DNA from: a virus
Taxonomy: Duplodnaviria; Heunggongvirae; Uroviricota; Caudoviricetes
Virus record (IMG/VR): IMGVR_UViG_2778261417_000015
Location: 1 to 31,156 of that record
Reading direction: 5' to 3' (one strand)
Length of the DNA stretch: 31,156 bases
The number at the start of each line of letters is the position of its first letter. Position 1 is the stretch's first letter. Position numbers and translations under genes: made by a program. Below are positions 16,102-24,605 of the stretch, in pieces. Under the pieces are notes generated by a model that worked only from the letters and a program-made list of their open reading frames with translations, had not been told where the DNA came from and did not search any database.

Positions 16102-16787
16102 ATACGCAATATCTTGAGTTTGTTCGACAACAGCTCATCGTGGCAACCGCTGACCTGAGCGGAGCGACGAAAGGGCAACTCATAGCTTTCGCTGAGAACG
16201 CGCAATTCACCGCGACGGCGCGCTGCCGGGGCCGGAAAAAAGTATTCGACAAGGATAAGCAGCGCATGGTGAACCCGGACGGCCCGCCGATGAGCGGCAG
16301 CCAGTCGCGCGCCAAAGGCTCATCAATCGCTCTGGTAAGCCCGGTAGAGTTCAGCACCGCATCCTGGCGACGCGCTGTTTTGTCACTGGAAGAACATCAG
16401 AAGGCCTGGCTTCTGTGGAACTACAGCGAGAACATCCGCTTTGAGTATCAGGTGGCGATCACTCAGTGGGCGTGGGCAGAGTTTCGTGAACAGCTCGGCG
16501 TGAAGAGGGTGGCGGGCAAGACGATGGAGCGCCTGAAGAAACTGATATGGCTGGCGGCGCAGGACACAAAAGAAGAGCTGGCAGGGCGTGAGACGTACGA
16601 ATACCAGGTGCTGGCGTCGCTGGTTGGCGTAACACCAAAGAACTGGTCAGAGACCTTTACGGACCACTGGATGGCGATGAGACGCATCTTCCTGAGCCTA
16701 GATAGTGGCGCTTTATTGCAGGTAACACGATCACGTTCACAACAAAAGGCGACAAACTCTCATGAAAGTCTTGCAAAACTGGATTGA
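16098..16787 (+). CDS. Late-gene antiterminator Q-like protein (229 aa)
   Basis: Assigned by position: last gene of the nin region, followed by a candidate promoter, strong terminators and the lysis cassette. Sequence resembles the recalled phage antitermination Q family, unverified. Confidence 0.55.
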   Translation: MNTQYLEFVRQQLIVATADLSGATKGQLIAFAENAQFTATARCRGRKKVFDKDKQRMVNPDGPPMSGSQSRAKGSSIALVSPVEFSTASWRRAVLSLEEHQKAWLLWNYSENIRFEYQVAITQWAWAEFREQLGVKRVAGKTMERLKKLIWLAAQDTKEELAGRETYEYQVLASLVGVTPKNWSETFTDHWMAMRRIFLSLDSGALLQVTRSRSQQKATNSHESLAKLD

Positions 16788-16798
16788 AACGCATATAT
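16770..16798 (+). promoter_or_regulatory. Candidate late promoter (pR'-like)
   Basis: TTGCAA (16770-16775), 17-bp spacer, TATATT (16793-16798), overlapping the 3' end of the Q-like gene and about 50 nt upstream of a strong terminator. Confidence 0.35.
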
Positions 16799-16851
16799 TT
16801 CATGTAAATCTGATATCGTCGCCATAGCTTCGGTAGTCGACAAACATTAAG

Positions 16852-16880
16852 AGCCTCGCCATCGTGCGGGGCTTTTTTAT
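16852..16880 (+). terminator. Rho-independent terminator (tR'-like)
   Basis: GCCTCGC-CATCGT-GCGGGGC (7-bp stem with one G-U pair) followed by TTTTTTATTT. Confidence 0.6.
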
Positions 16881-16983
16881 TTGTACTTCTTGTCGATTTT
16901 TATAAGGGTGAACTACGCTAAATATGCTCTCTGGACAATGACCATCAGACGGAATTGCCAAAGCAATCAACAGCTATTTGCTC

Positions 16984-17014
16984 CGGCCGTACGTTAACAA
17001 CGTCGGCTTTTTTA
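16984..17014 (+). terminator. Possible second terminator in the Q-holin leader
   Basis: Imperfect hairpin CCGTACG...CGTCGG followed by TTTTTT. Confidence 0.4.
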
Positions 17015-17155
17015 TGGGCATTGAAACTTCCTAAAAGACTGTAATGATTGCATGTTTTGCAACATTCCTGACTCAATATCATTACAATGCCGCCCAAGAG
17101 ATTTCTCTTGTTCACGAATTTTGATTTAGTTTCATCCGCATTTATTTAGCATTCA

Positions 17156-17185
17156 GGCTGCCATTCGGCGGCCTTTTTTTATTTT
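17156..17185 (+). terminator. Rho-independent terminator in the Q-holin leader
   Basis: GGCTGCC-ATTC-GGCGGCC followed by TTTTTTTATTTT. Confidence 0.55.
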
Positions 17186-17278
17186 CAGGTTCCGGGAATC
17201 ATCCTCGACATGCTTTGTTGTTAAATTCAGCCCGAGAACCTGACCCCTTTCAAACACAGCACCCGCAACTGTAGCGAG

Positions 17279-17602
17279 GTGATCATGGCAAAACGTATGA
17301 ATGACGACCACAAAATTGTAGGCCTGTCCTGGCTAATCCTGCTCGGCATTGCATGCTGGGGCGGTTTAGTACGCTACCTCATTGACGTAAAGCAGAATAA
17401 AGCCACATGGAGCTGGATAAACGCTCTGGCACAGATCGCCGTCTCCGGCTTTACCGGGCTGATCGGCGGATTGATAAGCGTGGAGAGCGGCCTGAGTTTT
17501 CACATGATTCTGGTTACCTCAGGCATTAGCGGGGCTATGGGCTCCGTGGCTCTGACTTATTTCTGGGAACGACTGACGGGGATGAAGAATGCAAACCAGT
17601 GA
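17279..17602 (+). CDS. Holin (107 aa), possible dual-start motif
   Basis: Hydrophobic segments typical of holins and position directly upstream of the endolysin. N-terminus M-I-M-A-K-R-M offers alternative starts. Confidence 0.7.
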   Translation: MIMAKRMNDDHKIVGLSWLILLGIACWGGLVRYLIDVKQNKATWSWINALAQIAVSGFTGLIGGLISVESGLSFHMILVTSGISGAMGSVALTYFWERLTGMKNANQ

Positions 17603-18038
17603 TAAAGGCATTGCTCTGATCAAGCAGTTCGAAGGCTGCAAGCTTACGGCTTATCCCGATCCTGGCACAGGTGGCGCGCCTTGGACAATTGGCTATGGAT
17701 GGACACAGCCTGTCGATGGAAAACTAGTGCGACCAGGAATGACGATTGACCAGGCAACAGCTGACCGCTTGTTAAAGACCGGGCTGGTGAGTTACGAAAA
17801 TGACGTCTCGCGACTGGTGAAGGTAAAACTGAGTCAGGGCCAGTTCGATGCGCTGGTGTCATTCACGTACAACCTGGGTTTCCGATCGCTGTCGACATCA
17901 ACACTGTTGAGCAAGCTTAATGCCGGTGATTATGCTGGCGCTGCCGACGAATTCCCGCGCTGGAATAAGGCTGGCGGCAAAGTACTTAATGGGCTGACAC
18001 GTCGGCGTGAGGCGGAGCGCGCTCTGTTCCTGTCGTGA
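17589..18038 (+). CDS. Endolysin, GH24 phage lysozyme (149 aa)
   Basis: T4/P22-type lysozyme motifs (FEGCKLTAYPDP ... WTIGYG). Overlaps the holin 3' end. Confidence 0.85.
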   Translation: MQTSDKGIALIKQFEGCKLTAYPDPGTGGAPWTIGYGWTQPVDGKLVRPGMTIDQATADRLLKTGLVSYENDVSRLVKVKLSQGQFDALVSFTYNLGFRSLSTSTLLSKLNAGDYAGAADEFPRWNKAGGKVLNGLTRRREAERALFLS

Positions 18039-18511
18039 TTTACGCGTTCGTAAAGCGCTACTGGCTGCAGTTGATGGTGATTGCGGTAATCTGCGTACTG
18101 GCGTTTTTCGTGAACTACTACCGCGACAACGCCATCACCTATAAAGACCAGCGCGATAAAGCTCAATCACTTGCAGAGCAGCAGCAGGACACCATTAACG
18201 ACATGCAGGTACGCCAGCGCGACGTTGCTGCACTGGATACCAAATACCTAAAGGAACTGGCAGATGCCAAAGCTCAGAACGATGCTCTTCAGCGCAAGCT
18301 TGATAATGGTGGTCGGGTGCTCGTCAAAGGCCGATGTCCAGTGCCAACCTCAACCGAAACCGCCAGCGCCTCCAGCATGGGCCATGATGCCACCGTCGAA
18401 CTCTCTGACGTTGCTGGACGAAACGTTCTCGGTATCCGAATCGGGATCAAGAAAGACCAGTCAGCCTTGATGGTGCTGCAGGAGTACATCAACACGCAGT
18501 GCCTTAAGTAA
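18035..18511 (+). CDS. Rz: Rz i-spanin (158 aa)
   Basis: N-terminal transmembrane helix, coiled-coil periplasmic domain, GTG start overlapping the endolysin stop, and an embedded Rz1 ORF. Confidence 0.7.
   Translation: MIYAFVKRYWLQLMVIAVICVLAFFVNYYRDNAITYKDQRDKAQSLAEQQQDTINDMQVRQRDVAALDTKYLKELADAKAQNDALQRKLDNGGRVLVKGRCPVPTSTETASASSMGHDATVELSDVAGRNVLGIRIGIKKDQSALMVLQEYINTQCLK
18264..18470 (+). CDS. Rz1: Rz1 o-spanin lipoprotein, embedded in Rz in another frame (68 aa)
   Basis: Signal peptide with lipobox (LIMVVGC) and a proline-rich mature region, entirely inside Rz in a different frame. Confidence 0.65.
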   Translation: MPKLRTMLFSASLIMVVGCSSKADVQCQPQPKPPAPPAWAMMPPSNSLTLLDETFSVSESGSRKTSQP

Positions 18512-18515
18512 ATGA

Positions 18516-18544
18516 GCCTCGCCATCGTGCAGGGCTTTTTTTGT
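18516..18544 (+). terminator. Rho-independent terminator after the lysis cassette
   Basis: GCCTCGC-CATCGT-GCAGGGC followed by TTTTTTT; near-identical to the terminator at 16852. Confidence 0.5.
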
Positions 18545-18571
18545 AACTAGAAGACGAAGAAGGAAGTAACC

Positions 18572-18955
18572 ATGTTTACAGTAAAAACCATCATCAACGG
18601 CGTAACGCATATCTGCGAAATGCCTACGTTTACAGTGGCACGCGCAGACTCAGAGCGATTTGACGACATCCTCAAGCTGACCAATGACCATTCCAATCCT
18701 GACTTTGCTATCTGGCTGCCGGATGTGTATGCCGATCCAGAATGCAAAAACGCACTGCAGGAAGAGGAGTTGATTGTCAGTGAGCGCGACGGCGTATTGG
18801 ATCATGAAGCCATTGCTGTCCTGATTGAAGACTTCGAAAGCCCTGAGCATGCGAAGAAACGCGCCTTTGATGGCATCCGTTACCAGTTCATCTACCCCGG
18901 CGATCAGGTTTACGTGATGAACTCTCACGGCTCGACCATCGAAACAGTTAAGTAG
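18572..18955 (+). CDS. Hypothetical protein (127 aa)
   Basis: Intact ORF with GGAAG-type RBS. No recognisable motif. Confidence 0.5.
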   Translation: MFTVKTIINGVTHICEMPTFTVARADSERFDDILKLTNDHSNPDFAIWLPDVYADPECKNALQEEELIVSERDGVLDHEAIAVLIEDFESPEHAKKRAFDGIRYQFIYPGDQVYVMNSHGSTIETVK

Positions 18956-19053
18956 TCATTACAGAAGCTCTTCACTAAGGGGCTTCGATAATGGATATAC
19001 CCTACAGCGGATAATCAACCAAATATCCCCACAAGCGGATAAAGAGGCTCTCA

Positions 19054-19257
19054 ATGTCCGACATCTACATCATCAAACTGACTACGAACGACGGCGGCGA
19101 GTACACAGGCAAGATGTCACGACGTCAGCCTGAGCTGGTTAATGGCTTCGTGCCGCTGGCGACCGAGACGGGCGAGTGGCTGTATTTCGCTCCGGCCGAT
19201 GTGAAGTGCGTGCAGTTCACCCCGATATCAGTAGTTGAAGATGGGGCTGCGCAATAA
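19054..19257 (+). CDS. Hypothetical small protein (67 aa)
   Basis: Intact ORF with plausible spacing. No recognisable motif. Confidence 0.4.
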   Translation: MSDIYIIKLTTNDGGEYTGKMSRRQPELVNGFVPLATETGEWLYFAPADVKCVQFTPISVVEDGAAQ

Positions 19258-19305
19258 GCATGGCATCTACGATTGGAGATTTACGAGTCCAAGGTAATGC
19301 CATGC
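19258..19305. repeat. 9-bp perfect inverted repeat between convergent genes
   Basis: GCATGGCAT (19258-19266) and ATGCCATGC (19297-19305) separated by 30 nt. Confidence 0.5.
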
Positions 19306-19320
19306 TGGTCACTTAGTTGC

Positions 19321-19539
19321 TTAGACCTTCTTATATGAGATAGATCGTCCAAATGGGGGATATGTAGAAGTTGAATCTTTAATTTCATAAGTAGCTACAA
19401 CATTTCCCGCAGCGTCTAACTCACGATAAAGATATTCGTCTGTATCCTGGCCTTTTCGGGCTCCTTTCCAGTTAGAAGAGACAAGCTCTAAGGTGTGATC
19501 GTCTGGGATACCGATTTTCTGTTTGTATTCATCACTCAT
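19321..19539 (-). CDS. Hypothetical small protein on the opposite strand (72 aa)
   Basis: Intact AT-rich ORF convergent with the upstream genes and divergent from the terminase small subunit gene. Confidence 0.5.
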   Translation of the reverse strand: MSDEYKQKIGIPDDHTLELVSSNWKGARKGQDTDEYLYRELDAAGNVVATYEIKDSTSTYPPFGRSISYKKV

Positions 19540-19561
19540 GTGAAGTCCTTATAGGTTAATT

Positions 19562-20134
19562 ATGGCACTCACCGACAAACAAGAGATGTTCTGTCGCGAG
19601 TACCTCATCGATTTAAACGCCACGCAAGCGGCTATTCGGGCGGGGTACAGCGCAAAGACAGCTAACCGCACAGCGTCCGAAAACCTGTCAAAACCTGACA
19701 TCCAGTCCAGAATTGCCGAACTTAAAGCGCAACGCAATGATCTGGTTGGCATAAATGCGACATACGTCCTGAATCGTCTCGTTGAGATTGACCAGATGGA
19801 CGTGCTCGACATCCTCAAAGACGACATGAGTCTGAAGCCAGTAAGCGAGTGGCCTTCATCCTGGCGAAGATATTTGAGCGGCTTCGATGTGGCTGAGATG
19901 TTTGAAGGTCGTGGGGAGGAGCGTGAGATGGTCGGGCTGCTCAAGAAAATTAAGTGGCCTGATAAAGTCAAAAACCTCGAGCTGCTCGGGAAGCACATAG
20001 ATGTGATGGCTTTCAAAGAGCAGGCCACTCATGAACACACAGGCAAGAACGGCGGGCCTATCGAAATGGCGACGCTGACGAAAGAAGAATATAAGGCTGC
20101 CCGGCGGGAGATGCTGGAGGATGACGACTGCTGA
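19562..20134 (+). CDS. Terminase small subunit (190 aa)
   Basis: Terminase small-subunit signature near the N-terminus (KQEMFCREYLIDLNATQAAIRAGYS), directly upstream of the large subunit. Confidence 0.8.
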   Translation: MALTDKQEMFCREYLIDLNATQAAIRAGYSAKTANRTASENLSKPDIQSRIAELKAQRNDLVGINATYVLNRLVEIDQMDVLDILKDDMSLKPVSEWPSSWRRYLSGFDVAEMFEGRGEEREMVGLLKKIKWPDKVKNLELLGKHIDVMAFKEQATHEHTGKNGGPIEMATLTKEEYKAARREMLEDDDC

Positions 20135-21593
20135 GCAAAAGGCTTACGCCCGCAAGATTGAGTGCGAAGAAGACGGGCTTTACTACGCTCGCTACTTCTT
20201 CAAGCAACGCACTGGCGGCAAGATGATTGTCGCGCCGCACCACAAGGTAATTCAGCAAACGCTGGACCGCGTCATTGATGGTGAGATTCAACGCCTGATC
20301 ATCAACGTACCGCCAGGCTATACGAAAACGGAACTGGCGACCATCAATATGATGGGCCGAGGGCTGGCGCTGAACTGCCGGGCCCGTTTCATGCACCTGT
20401 CCTATTCGCATAATCTGGCGCTGCTGAACTCATCCACAGCGCGCGGCATGATTAAGTCGCAGGCATACCAATCCATGTGGCCGATGGCGCTGCGCGATGA
20501 CGCTGATAGTAAGGCGATGTGGTGGACAGAGCACGGCGGCGGTGTCTATGCGTCATCTGCTGCAGGACAGGTTACAGGTTTCCGTGCTGGACACATGGAG
20601 CCAGGCTGGCAGGGCGCGCTGATTATCGATGACCCGGTAAAGCCTGATGACGCTTACTCTGAGATCGTCCGCGACGGGGTCAACAACCGTTTTAACGAGA
20701 CAATCAAATCACGACTGGCGATCGAGACGACGCCGATGATTGTCATCATGCAGCGGATCCATTACCACGACCTGAGCGGCTATCTTCTGCGGGGCGGGAG
20801 TGGTGAGAAATGGCATCACCTGAATCTGCCGGTGATTATCGACAATAGTCAGCCATACGCAGCGCAGTACCCTGAAAACTCACACGCTATACCGATTGAC
20901 CATGGCTTACCTGACGGCTGGCTGTGGCCTTTTAAGCATAATGAATCGCATCGTGTATCGCTGTTCTCGCACCGGCGCACCGCAGAAGCCCAGTACATGC
21001 AGAACCCGAAACGCTTCAACGCGGAGGGGGCGCTGTGGAACGAGGAAATGATCAGCGCCGCACATGTGATGCGGATCACCCAGGAACTGGCCCGTACGGT
21101 CGTGGCAATCGACCCGCAAGCGACCAACAGCGAAGAGAGTGACGAATCAGGCATTGCCGTCGCCAGTGTTTACGGCAGCGGTGATGAGCGGCAATACAGC
21201 CTTGATGCTGATTACAGCGGCAAATACTCGCCTAATGGTTGGGCTACGAAAGCTATTGATGCCTATGTACAGCATGAAGCTGATGCGATCGTCATTGAAA
21301 CTAACCAGGGCGGCGATATGGCAGAGGACACTCTCCGCAACGCCGGGTTTACCGGTCGCGTTATCCGTGTGCATGCCAGTAAAGGCAAGTATGCCCGAGC
21401 AGAGCCGATATCTGCTCTGTACGCCCAGGGGCGTGTAGCTCACCGCGGCAGTCTGTACGAGGTCGAAAACCAGTTCATGGAATACGTGCCATCCACTGCG
21501 AAAAAATCACCTGACCGCCTCGACGCTGCGGTTTATGCGCTAAGCGAACTATCAGAACCACAATCACTCGGCATGTTGGTGCGCTCGCGCTGA
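20121..21593 (+). CDS. Terminase large subunit (490 aa)
   Basis: Length, position and ATPase/nuclease-type organisation. Overlaps the small-subunit 3' end. Confidence 0.85.
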   Translation: MTTAEQKAYARKIECEEDGLYYARYFFKQRTGGKMIVAPHHKVIQQTLDRVIDGEIQRLIINVPPGYTKTELATINMMGRGLALNCRARFMHLSYSHNLALLNSSTARGMIKSQAYQSMWPMALRDDADSKAMWWTEHGGGVYASSAAGQVTGFRAGHMEPGWQGALIIDDPVKPDDAYSEIVRDGVNNRFNETIKSRLAIETTPMIVIMQRIHYHDLSGYLLRGGSGEKWHHLNLPVIIDNSQPYAAQYPENSHAIPIDHGLPDGWLWPFKHNESHRVSLFSHRRTAEAQYMQNPKRFNAEGALWNEEMISAAHVMRITQELARTVVAIDPQATNSEESDESGIAVASVYGSGDERQYSLDADYSGKYSPNGWATKAIDAYVQHEADAIVIETNQGGDMAEDTLRNAGFTGRVIRVHASKGKYARAEPISALYAQGRVAHRGSLYEVENQFMEYVPSTAKKSPDRLDAAVYALSELSEPQSLGMLVRSR

Positions 21594-21604
21594 CGGAGGA
21601 AACC

Positions 21605-23056
21605 GTGAACGAAAGCGAAATGAACAAACAATTTGCCGCAAATGCCAGCCTCGATCGTGATCGTATGCGCTACGTTAACGCTCTGTTTAATGGCACCAGT
21701 AATACGAAACGCCAGCGACTTTACCAGGAGTTTGGCTATCCACTGAACCTGACGTTCGACGACTTTTTCCGGGCCTACAGCCGTAATGCAATTGCCAATG
21801 CTGCGGTTAACCGGATGGTTGATGGCTGCTGGGAGGACTTCCCGGATGTCTACGAAGGTGACCAGACGAAGGATGCCACCAAGCAAACGGAATGGGATAA
21901 GCGCGTAAACAAACTGCTCAAGCGTTGCTGGAAACAGATTAAAGGCGCTGACAAGCGAAACCTAGTGGGGCGCTACTCTGCGCTGCTGATCCAGGTAAAG
22001 GATAACCGGACCTGGGATAAGCCGGTCGATAAGATAGTTACTGCCAGGCAGAAGGAAAAGGCGCTGGTTAAGTTGATCCCGGTGTGGGAGGCACAGATTG
22101 AGCCTGTCACTTACAACGAAGATCAGAGCAGCGAGAACTATGGTGACATCACCATGTACTCGTTTACTGAAATTCCGGTACAACAGCAAGCTGGTGGGCA
22201 GCCCGGGCGCATCATCAACGTCCATCCTGACCGCGTAATTATCCTTGCTGAAGGTTCAGATGATGGCCGCCTCTACTCTGGAGAATCACTACTTGCTGCC
22301 GGTTTCCATAAAATTATGGACAGCGAGAAGGTCTCCGGCGGTGCCGCCGAGGGGTTCTTCAAAAACGCCAGCCGCCAGCTCAACTTCAACTTCAGCGCCA
22401 AAACAAACCTCTCAGCGCTGGCTAAGGCTCTTGGTGTTTCAGAATCTCAGCTATCCGAAGCCCTTGATGGGCAGGTGCGACGCCTTAACGACAGCTCTGA
22501 TAGCGCTGTGATGATGCAGGAGGGCGATGTCAGCGTGCTTTCGGTTGCAGCGGCAGATCCTGAACCCACGTGGCGAACCATTCTGAATGAGTTTTGCGCC
22601 ACCGTGCCGATCCCGGTCAAAGTCCTGGTAGGCATGCAGACGGGGGAGCGGGCCAGTACTGAGGATGCGAAGGACTGGGCCAAGACCCGAATGAGCCGGC
22701 GAACCGGCTTCCTGACAGACCTGATAACGGACATCGTTACCCGATTCTGGGAGTTTGGCTTTATTCCTCCAGCTGCAGGTGAGGAAATTACCGTCGGATG
22801 GTCTGATCTACTGGCACCGAGCCAGGCAGAGAAGATTGCCAACATGGACAAACTCGCGGATGTGGCCGTGAAGTCGACAAACGCGTTTGGCCGCTCAGCT
22901 ATCACCGAAAACGAGATACGCGCGGCGGGTGAACTGCAAGCCCTGCCAGAACTTGATGATGAGGTGCCGCCAGATGGCAACCAGCCAAAGCCTGACCCTC
23001 TGGCCGACCCAGAATCAGAAGCCGAAGAGTCCGGTGATACCACGGTCGAAAGTTGA
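21605..23056 (+). CDS. Portal protein (483 aa)
   Basis: Size and position immediately after the terminase large subunit, with an acidic C-terminal tail. GGAGGA RBS before the GTG. Confidence 0.7.
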   Translation: MNESEMNKQFAANASLDRDRMRYVNALFNGTSNTKRQRLYQEFGYPLNLTFDDFFRAYSRNAIANAAVNRMVDGCWEDFPDVYEGDQTKDATKQTEWDKRVNKLLKRCWKQIKGADKRNLVGRYSALLIQVKDNRTWDKPVDKIVTARQKEKALVKLIPVWEAQIEPVTYNEDQSSENYGDITMYSFTEIPVQQQAGGQPGRIINVHPDRVIILAEGSDDGRLYSGESLLAAGFHKIMDSEKVSGGAAEGFFKNASRQLNFNFSAKTNLSALAKALGVSESQLSEALDGQVRRLNDSSDSAVMMQEGDVSVLSVAAADPEPTWRTILNEFCATVPIPVKVLVGMQTGERASTEDAKDWAKTRMSRRTGFLTDLITDIVTRFWEFGFIPPAAGEEITVGWSDLLAPSQAEKIANMDKLADVAVKSTNAFGRSAITENEIRAAGELQALPELDDEVPPDGNQPKPDPLADPESEAEESGDTTVES

Positions 23057-23063
23057 CCCCACA

Positions 23064-23984
23064 ATGTCGCGCAAGTCCGTCAGCAAGATGGAGCGCGACA
23101 TTGAGGGCCGGTATTACGCGATAAAGGTGGCGTTGAAAGCGCTGTTCGATCAGCGCATGACCGGACGAGAGCGCGAGGTAAACAGCCATAACTGGCATTT
23201 CCTTTGCCACGACCACGGCGAGGATATGCGGCTGTACCAGGTCAACGCCGGCAAGTTCATCTATGACATGTCGGCACAGGAACTGGCTGACCTGCTAGAG
23301 GCGGTGCAGGGCATTCTCGATGATTACCTGCTGGAAGGTGGCGAGCAAAACCTGTGGGCGATGGATTACGTCGTCGCTGAAGCGCAGCGCGGCACGCTGG
23401 AGGCATTCAATAACCTCGCGCAGCAGTCGCAGGTATACGCAAGCCAGACGACGCTGCAGCAGATTTTAAGCAGCACCGGTCACCTTAATCAGGTGGCGGC
23501 GGCCAGGCTGACAACGTTCAGCGACTGGAAGGTCATCAGCGACACTGCCCGCGGCGACCTGACCAACATCATCACCGATGCCGTAGCTCGCGGGGTGAAT
23601 CCTCGCGAGACTGCAAGCGTAATCAGTAAGCGCCTCGATGTGAGCATGTCGAAGGCGAAAAACATCGCTCAGACTGAGCAGGTAGGAGCGCTGCGGCAGG
23701 CGCAGTGGAACGAAACGGACTGGGCTGCTGACCGGCTGGGGCTGAATACCGGCCTGATGTGGTTATCAGCGCTAAAGCCGACGACACGCACCTGGCACGC
23801 CAGCCGTCACGGACTCGTTTACACCACCGAAGAGGTACGGGACTTCTACGCCGAGAACGGCAACCGGTACAACTGCTATTGCAGCCAGATTCCGGTGCTA
23901 CTCAACGATGACGGCAGCATTTTCAATGAAGGCCTGGAAGACAAGTTGGTGAAAGAGCGCAAAGGTTGGAAAGGTTCTAAGTAG
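23064..23984 (+). CDS. Head morphogenesis protein, Mu gpF / SPP1 gp7-like (about 306 aa)
   Basis: Follows the portal gene; sequence resembles the recalled minor-head MuF-like family. The track ORF begins inside the portal gene, so the first ATG after the portal stop was used. Confidence 0.6.
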   Translation: MSRKSVSKMERDIEGRYYAIKVALKALFDQRMTGREREVNSHNWHFLCHDHGEDMRLYQVNAGKFIYDMSAQELADLLEAVQGILDDYLLEGGEQNLWAMDYVVAEAQRGTLEAFNNLAQQSQVYASQTTLQQILSSTGHLNQVAAARLTTFSDWKVISDTARGDLTNIITDAVARGVNPRETASVISKRLDVSMSKAKNIAQTEQVGALRQAQWNETDWAADRLGLNTGLMWLSALKPTTRTWHASRHGLVYTTEEVRDFYAENGNRYNCYCSQIPVLLNDDGSIFNEGLEDKLVKERKGWKGSK

Positions 23985-24026
23985 TGATATCATCATACTC
24001 ACGAGAGAATGACATGCAGGTGAGTA

Positions 24027-24542
24027 ATGAGCAGTGTAACTGCGGCAGAAGTAGGTTCTTTTTTGCTATCTCTGGTTGTGCCTGTTATCACAGGTGTTGT
24101 TGCGGCAGGATTCACAGCATATTTTGCCCTAACAAGATTCTACAGAGAGAAATGGTGGGAGAAAAAACATGCCGCTTATAACCAGTTGATAGAAAAACTT
24201 TTTGAACTTAAAGACCTATACATCATTGCATCAGATATTACGGAGATGGAATTCGAAGCTCATAGAGGCGAACGAGACCCTCCAAAAGCTAAGGTTGATT
24301 GGCATAAGCTGAATGAAGTGAGATCTCAGGTTCACAGACTTTATGTCCTATCACCTATCTCCTTCAGTGGTAATGTCAGAGAGTTATTGGACAATCTTCT
24401 TACTCAAGATACTGAAAAAAATATCAGCATCTATGAAGAGGGATATCTTGAATTTATTGCTTATCACGAAATGTCAGGCGTAATACAGTCATCCATTGAT
24501 GCAATAGTCGCAGATGCAAAGGAAGAGCTTAAGTTCAAATAA
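24027..24542 (+). CDS. Membrane-anchored unknown protein (171 aa): moron inside the head module
   Basis: AT-rich ORF with AGGTGAG RBS, N-terminal transmembrane helix (FLLSLVVPVITGVVAAGFTAYFAL), and its own terminator downstream. Confidence 0.55.
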   Translation: MSSVTAAEVGSFLLSLVVPVITGVVAAGFTAYFALTRFYREKWWEKKHAAYNQLIEKLFELKDLYIIASDITEMEFEAHRGERDPPKAKVDWHKLNEVRSQVHRLYVLSPISFSGNVRELLDNLLTQDTEKNISIYEEGYLEFIAYHEMSGVIQSSIDAIVADAKEELKFK

Positions 24543-24552
24543 AATTACATGA

Positions 24553-24577
24553 GGTCGCCAAGGCGGCCTTTTTTATT
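24553..24577 (+). terminator. Rho-independent terminator after the head-module moron
   Basis: GGTCGC-CAAG-GCGGCC followed by TTTTTTATT. Confidence 0.6.
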
Positions 24578-24605
24578 GCCTGAAATCCACCAATGAGGAC
24601 GCAAC

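Noticed and set aside
16788-17278. Possible tRNA genes in the Q-holin intergenic region, a common tRNA site in lambdoid phages
   Set aside because: By eye there is no cloverleaf-compatible sequence or conserved T-loop motif; only terminator hairpins. A tRNA scan would be needed to exclude this formally.
22447-23216. Minus-strand ORFs of 205 and 104 aa inside the portal and head morphogenesis genes
   Set aside because: They are antisense to well-supported structural genes and give serine/arginine-rich low-complexity translations.
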